Origin: Eledone cirrhosa
Taxonomy: Eukaryota
Direction: 5' to 3'
Length of the DNA: 64,000 nucleotides
Assembly (NCBI GenBank): GCA_964016885.1
Contig: OZ024740.1
Coordinates: 9,610,001-9,674,000 of the forward strand
Both the position numbers and the translations under genes were made by a program. This document shows positions 1-7,811 of this stretch, one piece after another (positions within the stretch are counted from its first letter, which is position 1; each line of letters begins with the position of its first letter). The notes under the pieces were generated by a model, which was given only the letters and a program-made list of their open reading frames with translations, was not told where the DNA came from and did no database searches.

Positions 1-326
1 AGTATCCGAAGTCTAACACCTCTGCTATAAAAAGCGGAGTCAGCCAAATCTATCATAGAATAGGGGAGGGGTGGGGGTGCTGAAGCTACAAGGGACCGAT
101 GGGCTACCTCGGGTGGGCGAGAAAAAGACGACGACAAAGAAAATGAAGGGATGGGGGAAGGAGGAAATATAGAGGAAGCGATAAAAGAATGTAAAAGAAG
201 ATCTTACGTCTCCATTGGCAAGCGGGGGTTACCCATTACAAAATAGGCAAGTGGGGTGTTATAGCCCTAGTCTACCCCCCACCCCGGGTCATTATGGGGT
301 TTGAGGGCGAGGTAAGTCCTACGTAA

Positions 327-943
327 TCAGTGTTTACATGCAGTAACCAGTTCATCTTTCTTTAGGAGTTGGTCCGTCGAAAACAGCATTTGTAATGTTT
401 CCTCCGAGCATAAATTGCACGGACGGCGTCCTCCCGTGTAAGAGTTGGCTCTGGACAGTAATTTCCAAGTGAGATCAGATCATAGTTAGTTGATGTTGTC
501 CTTGAGATCCCATATGTGGACCGAAAGTGTAGTGGCGTGACGCCGGGCCGGGTTTCGGAAGGTATGTCTGTGTTGGTATAGCCGGGTCTTGAAGTCGCAT
601 GCGGTTAATCCTATATAAGATTTATTGGAGGTGTCCGTGCTCACGTTGCACTGGTAGATCACATTACGGTCTCTGCATCTGTTGTCGAGGGGGCAACTGG
701 ATCTATCAGGACAGTTGCACCTCCTGGTCGGCACTCCACTGCTATTTAGGTTGTTTCTTCCATCGGGGTTGAGTTTTTTGTTGTTGGAGGAGACGATGTT
801 TTGTGCGAAGTTAGGTGTAGTGCTGTAAGAGAGTTTGATGGTATTTTTGTTAATTATGTTGTGGTAGCGGTGTTGTGGTGGGAAGTGTTTTTCAATGAGC
901 CTAAAGAAAATTTTCCCGATGGGAGTTGTCACCTCGGCGTTGT
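327..943 (-). pseudogene. PLE linker + GIY-YIG endonuclease, disrupted
   Basis: ORF 486..932 contains CNCPDRSSCPLDNRC, then NVIYQC...SYIGLT..FKTRLYQH..TTLSVHIWDLK. After the premature stops the same frame continues DLTWKLLSRANSYTGGRRPCNLCSEETLQMLFSTDQLLKKDELVTACKH* (TGA at 327-329). Confidence 0.9.
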
Positions 944-1800
944 GGGGGAGGATTGAACCATGTTACATTGCGTGAGTAGCGGTGTCGCCTGCTGGTTCCG
1001 CTAATGGGAGCTGGACAGTAGGATATTTCCTCCCGGAAACCACTCCGCTTGAGGGCCTGGTTGTAGTAAGGCGCATGTTCATCGAATATCTTCTCATTAG
1101 CTGACAAACGGGATATACGGAGGGAGATGTTTTTGACCAGGTTGTTGGTGATGTTCCTAGGATGGTTAGATCGGCGGTGGATGTAGTGCAGGTTGTCATT
1201 GGGTTTCCTGTATGGGTAGTACAGGTCATTATTGAGATCGAGGGTAACGTCCAGGAAATTAACTCGGGTCAGGGACGTTTGTAGGGTTATTTTAAATCCC
1301 CAGTCGCGGAAGAAGCTGATTAATTGTTTACGGACCCGATCTGTACTACTGGGGTTGTACCCTTTAAGGGTAAGGAGCCCATCATCACGGTACAATCCAC
1401 CACCGAAAGCAGGAAACATATCGGTGAATTTGGCTATAAGGAATAATCCTATAAGATCTGTGACCTCCGCCGAATCAGTAGCGCCCATGCTGACGTCGAA
1501 GGGTGAGTCGGGAGCTCTTTTTATCCATTTGGAGTTGTCAAAGAGTAAGACTGTCTTCCTGGCGTGGAGGATGATTTTTCTTTCCTGGTCGGTGATGGGC
1601 ACAAGTGCTTCGGCGAAGTCCAAGGCGGCAGTAAGTAGCGGTAAAGTGATTGAAGCATAGTAGCTCTCTATGTCGAACTGGATAAATTTAGTGTCTCGTT
1701 TATCCTCCAAATTGCTGAACCATGAGATAACTTCCTGGGTGTTGATCCATAGGCTAAGTCGGGCGTGTTGCTTGACTTTTGGTATCACGCGGTCTAGGAT
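944..1800 (-). pseudogene. PLE reverse transcriptase (palm/thumb), N-terminus missing
   Basis: ORF 901..1788 contains motif A (FIQFDIESYYASI), motif B (VSMGATDSAEVTDL), motif C (GLYRDDGL), motif E (VNFLDVTL), thumb (PYRKPNDNLHYIHRRSNHP) and WFNPP. A +1 frameshift lies in the G5 run at 944-948. Confidence 0.92.
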
Positions 1801-2306
1801 TTTTTTTTTTTTAATTTATTTATCTATTCTTTTATTCACTTATTTGTTTATTTATTTATTTATGTATTTCTTTAGCCTAGCAATAGCGAGAGACTTAAGT
1901 CTTAGTAACCAGATTTTGCTTGTTTTTTTTCTCTCTCAGTACATTTTATAGTTTTACTTTTCATTGTTCTACTTACCGTTTCGACTTCCTCCCCCTCCCC
2001 CTCCCCAGTATCCTCTTTGACCTCACACCCAGCTGTAGCTGGCACTACCAACGCATGAATGGGTCTACTCCACCCCCTCTCCCTTTTTCTCCTACCGGCA
2101 GGCTTAGCTACCCCCTCCCCCACCAACTTGCCATCACAGATTTACAACTAACTTGTGATGTGACCAATCCTGGTGATTATCTCTTTGACCATATATGGAA
2201 TTACCCCTTGATAAGTTCGGCTATTTAAATACCAGAATAAATTTTCATTCAGTACAGAATTAGCCGTCGAAACGGCTTGAGCTCAGCCGTCGGGGTCTTA
2301 CTTGTT

Positions 2307-2308
<2 letters not shown>
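1801..2308 (+). mobile_element. Putative PLE pseudo-LTR / 3' terminal segment, opposite orientation to the PLE ORF, ending in (TA)n
   Basis: T-rich then pyrimidine/C-tract-rich sequence, followed by a type I hammerhead, ending 12 nt later at a (TA)n tract. Hammerheads in pseudo-LTRs and inverted pLTRs at truncation points are established PLE traits. Not alignable by eye to the reverse complement of 1-330. Confidence 0.6.
2203..2296 (+). ncRNA. Type I hammerhead ribozyme with U3-A8 core variant
   Basis: Stem I is ACCCC (2203-07) with GGGGT (2292-96). Core is TTGATAA (2208-14). Stem II is G2215-C2268 plus CGGCTA (2218-23) with TAGCCG (2261-66). GAAA lies at 2269-72. Stem III is A-CGGCT (2272-77) with AGCCG-T (2285-90), loop TGAGCTC. 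Cleavage triplet GTC is at 2289-91. Confidence 0.82.

Positions 2309-2347
<39 letters not shown>
2309..2347. repeat. (TA)n microsatellite
   Basis: Pure TA run immediately after the hammerhead-bearing segment. Confidence 0.97.
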
Positions 2348-2353
<6 letters not shown>

Positions 2354-3162
2354 ACCTACATTCTGAGGGCTCCTGAATACATTCTCCATGCCTTGTTTGG
2401 CTCAGTTCAGCCAATCGCTATCAACGTAGGAAAATGTATTTCAATTTCCGCCGAAATGTAAAAATTCCCGCTTCTATTCGAAAATCTCTCTCTTACAGCT
2501 CGTTACCGCCAAGGTAAACATCCCTTGATTTTGCTCAACAAACTTTCCAAAATTACCGCGGCCGTGGCTTCTAATTTAAGCCACCCGTCTACGTATTCCT
2601 TTCACACCATCTTAATTTCTTTTATTTCATTCTTATGACATGTCAACACAGCTAACATCTTTATAAATAAATATATCTCAAAAAACGTCGTGATGCCTTA
2701 TGATGATGATATTTGACACATTCGGTTACTCTATGTGATACAATACACAATACATACAGTATATCAACCATTTACTCCTTCTAAATTGGTAAACTACAAA
2801 ATAACTTCTTCCTCCCGTTCACTGGGAAAACGGTTTTCATTCTTTCTAACACCGGATTCACTAGCGAAAGGTCTGTTTTCTGACTCGCTCATATATTCAC
2901 ACAGCTTATGCTGAAAGAATAACTATGTTGCTTGTGTTTATTTCCATCTTCGGTTAGCTTCCCCCTGTGTTGTTTACTTGTCTCACTCGCTTTACGCGTT
3001 TCTATTGTCCTAATAACTTATTTTAGTTATTATCGCTCCAACGTGAGGTATATGATTTTTAATGCGATGAAATACCCATGATCGTTTGGTAAATCACTGA
3101 TGAGGGACTCATTTTATAACATGTTATCCATGTACAACCAGCAGTTTTCTTTTCACCCATAT

Positions 3163-3166
<4 letters not shown>

Positions 3167-3227
<61 letters not shown>
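3167..3227. repeat. (TA)n microsatellite
   Basis: TA run with one interruption. Confidence 0.97.
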
Positions 3228-3554
3228 GATATTCAAAACAACAAATAGCGAAAGACGCGTTCCGGACTTGTCCGACAGACAACCTTTTCCCCCACCCCGG
3301 AAAAAAAACCCAGTTGATGGATGTGAATCCGAAAGATATAGGGACTATTAAATCTCTCTGAACGTAACTCTCTCTTGTGTTGTTATTTTTATTTTTATCC
3401 TTTATACTCTTCCCTTCATTCTACACATCTCACACGTCTTATATACACCACGCATCTCAACGTACATCCACTTACATCTCTCTCTCCACCACCGGACCTT
3501 GTTACCCGGAGATTTACCCATTTGCATTGTCGAGGCTTCCAAACGACTTAAAGA

Positions 3555-3558
<4 letters not shown>
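3228..3558 (+). mobile_element. Possible decayed PLE pseudo-LTR fragment between two (TA)n tracts
   Basis: Bounded by (TA)n on both sides. Contains a hammerhead-like motif at 3309-3343 followed by a pyrimidine-rich tract. Confidence 0.35.
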
Positions 3559-3620
<62 letters not shown>

Positions 3621-3635
3621 CATTCACACACACAC

Positions 3636-3716
<81 letters not shown>

Positions 3717-3720
3717 CATA
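3559..3720. repeat. Compound (TA)n/(CA)n microsatellite
   Basis: Two long TA runs separated by a short CA-rich stretch. Confidence 0.96.
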
Positions 3721-3891
3721 CACGACCACATACATACAAATGTCAACATGGAAGCTTTATGTGGTTGTACGACTTGTTAGTAATAGTAACCAAATTTCCT
3801 TTGGTCACATAAAGCTGTCATTGAAATAAAACTAGATACTGTTGTGTGTGATATATAAACAGACGGGATGGTCATGTCTGACCTGGGGCCC

Positions 3892-3938
3892 AACACCACC
3901 ACCAACAACAACAACACACACACACATACACACACACA
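3892..3938 (+). repeat. (CAC)/(CAA)/(CA) compound microsatellite
   Basis: acaccaccaccaacaacaacaacacacacacacatacacacacaca. Confidence 0.85.
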
Positions 3939-4028
3939 AAGGAAGAGTGAGTATGTCGGGTGACAGGTGGGTAAGTAAAACAGCAGGTGACGGTAATTAA
4001 ATCGTTGGCAGGATTATTGAGTAACAGA

Positions 4029-7000
4029 AGGGCGGGGGATTGGCAGTATAGGTAGAGGGTCTGACACCATGCTAGGGTGGTGGATTGGTAGTATTGGTAG
4101 AGGGTCTGACACCATGGTAGGGTGGTGGATTGGTAGTATTGGTAGAGGGTCTGACACCATGGTAGGGTGGTGGATTGGTAGTATTGGTAGAGGGTCTGAC
4201 ACCATGCTAGGGCGGTGGATTGGTAGTATTGGTAGAATGTCAGACACCATGCTAGGGTGGTGGATTGGTAGTATTGGTAGAGGGTCAGACACCATGCTAG
4301 GGCGGTGGATTGGTAGTATTGGTAGAGGGTCAGACACCATGCTAGGGTGGTGGATTGGTAGTATTGGTAGAGGGTCTGACACCATGCTAGGGTGGTGGAT
4401 TGGTAGTATTGGTAGAGGGTCTGACACCATGCTAGGGTGGTGGATTGGTAGTATTGGTAGAATGTCAGACACCATGCTAGGGTGGTGGATTGGTAGTATT
4501 GGTAGAGGGTCAGACACCATGCTAGGGCGGTGGATTGGTAGTATTGGTAGAGGGTCAGACACCATGCTAGGACGGTGGATTGGTAGTATTGGTAGAGGGT
4601 CAGACACCATGCTAGGGCGGTGGATTGGTAGTATTGGTAGAGGGTCAGACACCATGCTAGGACGGTGGATTGGCAGTATTGGTAGATGGTCAGACACCAT
4701 GCTAGGGTGGTGGATTGGCAGTATTGGTAGAGGGTCTGACACCATGGTAGGGTGGTGGATTGGTAGTATTGGTAGAGGGTCTGACACCATGGTAGGGTGG
4801 TGGATTGGTAGTATTGGTAGAGGGTCTGACACCATGCTAGGGCGGTGGATTGGTAGTATTGGTAGAGGGTCTGACACCATGGTAGGGTGGTGGATTGGTA
4901 GTATTGGTAGAGGGTCTGACACCATGCTAGGGCGGTGGATTGGTAGTATTGGTAGAGGGTCAGACAGCATGCTAGGGCGGTGGATTGGTAGTATTGGTAG
5001 AGGGTCTGACACCATGGTAGGGTGGTGGATTGGTAGTATTGGTAGAGGGTCTGACACCATGCTAGGGCGGTGGATTGGTAGTATTGGTAGAGGGTCAGAC
5101 AGCATGCTAGGGCGGTGGATTGGTAGAGGGTCTGACACCATGGTAGGGTGGTGGATTGGTAGTATAGGTAGAGGGTCTGACACCATGGTAGGGTGGTGGA
5201 TTGGTAGTATTGGTAGAGGGTCAGACAGCATGCTAGGGTGGTGGATTGGTAGTATTGGTAGAGGGTCTTACACCATGCTAGGGTGGTGGATTGGTAGTAT
5301 AGGTAGAGGGTCTGACACCATGGTAGGGTGGTGGATTGGTAGTATTGGTAGAGGGTCTGACACCATGGTAGGGTGGTGGATTGGTAGTATAGGTAGAGCG
5401 TCTGATACCATGCTAGGGTGGTGGATTGGTAGTATTGGTAGAGGGTCTGACACCATGCTAGGGTGGTGGATTGGTAGTATTGGTAGAGGGTCTTACACCA
5501 TGCTAGGGTGGTGGATTGGTAGTATAGGTAGAGCGTCTGATACCATGCTAGGGTGGTGGATTGGTAGTATTGGTAGAGGGTCTGACACCATGCTAGGGTG
5601 GTGGATTGGTAGTATTGGTAGAGGGTCTGACACCATGGTAGGGTGGTGGATTGGTAGTATAGGTAGAGCGTCTGATACCATGCTAGGGCGGTGGATTGGT
5701 AGTATTGGTAGAGGGTCTGACACCATGCTAGGGCGGTGGATTGGTAGTATTGGTAGAGGGTCTGACACCATGCTAGGGTGGTGGATTGGTAGTATAGGTA
5801 GAGGGTCTGACACCATGGTAGGGTGGTGGATTGGTAGTATTGGTAGAGGGTCTGACACCATGCTAGGATGGTGGATTGGTAGTATTGGTAGAGGGTCTGA
5901 CACCATGGTAGGGTGGTGGATTGGTAGTATAGGTAGAGCGTCTGATACCATGCTAGGACGGTGGATTGGTAGTATTGGTAGAGGGTCAGACACCATGCTA
6001 GGGCGGTGGATTGGTAGTATTGGTAGAGGGTCTGACACCATGGTAGGGTGGTGGATTGGCAGTATTGGTAGAGGGTCAGACACCATGCTAGGGCGGTGGA
6101 TTGGTAGTATTGGTAGAGGGTCAGACACCATGCTAGGGTGGTGGATTGGTAGTATTGGTAGATGGTCTGACACCATGGTAGGGTGGTGGATTGGTAGTAT
6201 AGGTAGAGGGTCAGACACCATGCTAGGGCGGTGGATTGGTAGTATTGGTAGAGGGTCAGACACCATGCTAGGGCGGTGGATTGGTAGAGGGTCTGACACC
6301 ATGGTAGGGTGGTGGATTGGTAGTATTGGTAGAGGGTCTGACACCATGCTAGGGTGGTGGATTGGTAGTATTGGTAGAGGGTCTGACACCATGCTAGGGC
6401 GGTGGATTGGTAGTATTGGTAGAGGGTCAGACACCATGCTAGGGCGGTGGATTGGTAGAGGGTCTGACACCATGGTAGGGTGGTGGATTGGTAGTATTGG
6501 TAGAGGGTCTGACACCATGGTAGGGTGGTGGATTGGTAGTATAGGTAGAGCGTCTGATACCATGCTAGGGCGGTGGATTGGTAGTATTGGTAGAGGGTCT
6601 GACACCATGGTAGGGTGGTGGATTTGTAGTATAGGTAGAGGGTCTGACACCATGGTAGGGTGGTGGATTGGTAGTATTGGTAGAGGGTCTGACACCATGC
6701 TAGGGTGGTGGATTGGTAGTATTGGTAGAGGGTCTGACACCATGCTAAGGTGGTGGATTGGTAGTATAGGTAGAGGGTCTGACACTATGGTAGGGTGGTG
6801 GATTGGCAGTATCGGTAGAGGGTCTGACACCATGGTAGGGTGGTGGATTGGTAGTATAGGTAGAGGGTCTGACACCATGGTAGGGTGGTGGTTGGTAGTA
6901 TTGGTAGAGGGTCTGACACCATGGTAGGGTGGTGGATTGGCAGTATAGGTAGAGGGTCTGACACCATGGTAGGGTGGTGGATTGGTAGTATAGGTAGAGG

Positions 7001-7623
7001 GTCTGACACCATGGTAGGTGGTGGATTGGTAGTATTGGTAGAGGGTCTGACACTATGGTAGGTGGTGGATTGGTAGTATTGGTAGAGGGTCTGACACCAT
7101 GCTAGGGTGGTGGATTGGTAGTATAGGTAGAGGGTCTGACACCATGTTAGGTGGTAATTGGTAGTATTGGTAGAGGGTCTGACGCCATGCTAGGGTGGTG
7201 GATTGGTATTATTGGTAGAGGGTCTGACACCATGGTAGGTGGTGGATTGGTAGTATTGGTAGAGGGTCTGACACCATGCTAGGGTGGGGGATTGGTAGTA
7301 TTGGTAGAGGGTCTGACACCATGCTAGGGCGGTGGATTGATAGTATTGGTAGAGGGTCTGACACCATGCTAGGGTGGGGGATTGGTAGTATTGGTAGAGG
7401 GTCTGACACCATGCTAGGGTGGGGGATTGGCAGTATTGGGAGAGGGTCTGACACCATGGTAGGGTGGTGGATTGGTAGAGGGTCTGACACCATGCTAGGG
7501 TGGGGGATTGGCAGTATTGGTAGAGGGTCTGACACCATGCTAGGCTGGTGGATTGGCAGTATTGGTAGAGGGTCTGACACCATGGTAGGGTGGTGGATTG
7601 GCAGTATCGGTAGAGGGTCTGAC
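4029..7623 (+). repeat. 45-bp minisatellite, ~80 copies (GGGTGGTGGATTGGTAGTATTGGTAGAGGGTCTGACACCATGCTA)
   Basis: Direct tandem periodicity, seen as a 15-aa period in the ORF track. Occasional 36-bp units, with small indels near 6890-7250. Confidence 0.98.
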
Positions 7624-7663
7624 GTCATACTTTGCAGCAAAGAGTTACGGCCGTTTATGATCT

Positions 7664-7676
7664 GAGTTCAAATTCC
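7664..7676 (+). promoter_or_regulatory. Pol III B box of the SINE (GAGTTCAAATTCC); cognate A box TGGCAGTATCGG at 7599-7610
   Basis: Matches GTTCRANNC, about 55 nt downstream of a TGGCNNNANNGG-type A box. Confidence 0.75.
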
Positions 7677-7811
7677 GCAAAGGTTAACTTTGCCTTTCAT
7701 CCTTACGGGATCGATAAAATAAAGCACCAGTAATGCACTGGGGTCGATTTAATCTATATTTGCCTCCCCCAAATTTGTAGGCCTTGTGCCTATATGAGAA
7801 AACATTATTGA

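Larger units (their letters stand above)
1..1800 (-). mobile_element. Penelope-like retroelement (PLE), 5'-truncated; RT + C-terminal GIY-YIG endonuclease, probably Hydra clade; 3' UTR/pseudo-LTR continues beyond position 1
   Basis: PLE-type RT and EN motifs in consecutive minus-strand frames. Coding similarity starts abruptly at 1800 (ILDRVIPKVK) next to a T run. The purine-rich 1-320 segment reads on - as a pyrimidine/C-tract-rich 3' UTR. The clade call rests on my recollection that a CxCx5C linker before a C-terminal EN typifies Hydra PLEs. Confidence 0.93.
4029..7803 (+). mobile_element. tRNA-derived SINE (octopus-type) with tandemly amplified 5' head, flanked by a 16-bp target-site duplication
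   Basis: ATTATTGAGTAACAGA occurs at 4013-4028 and 7804-7819. The element starts AGGGCGGGGGATTGGCAG. The body at 7624-7803 has a B box and GCCTTTCATCCTTACGGGATCGATAAAATAAAGCACCAGT...CACTGGGGTCGAT...GGCCTTGTGCC, which I recognise from memory as the common Octopus SINE. Confidence 0.85.

Noticed and set aside
327-329. In-frame TGA as selenocysteine, as in some Naiad PLEs
   Set aside because: It is not at a Cys position, the Cys motifs use normal codons, the EN is C-terminal rather than Naiad-like, and the copy has other disabling lesions.
2156-2166. 11-bp match TGATGTGACCA to the 74-bp monomer
   Set aside because: Short and does not extend convincingly; compatible with chance.
3097-3103. CTGATGA hammerhead core
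   Set aside because: No stem II followed by GAAA downstream, and the upstream GAAA does not give a valid stem III/NUH.
963-3829. Small ORFs overlapping the RT, the pLTR-like segment and the TA tracts
   Set aside because: Shadow frames or low-complexity (YI)n translations.
4014-7665. Long ORFs on both strands (952, 461 and 405 aa)
   Set aside because: Units of 45 and 36 bp are multiples of 3 and lack stops in one frame per strand. The repeat is a SINE head and the frame breaks at the array edge.
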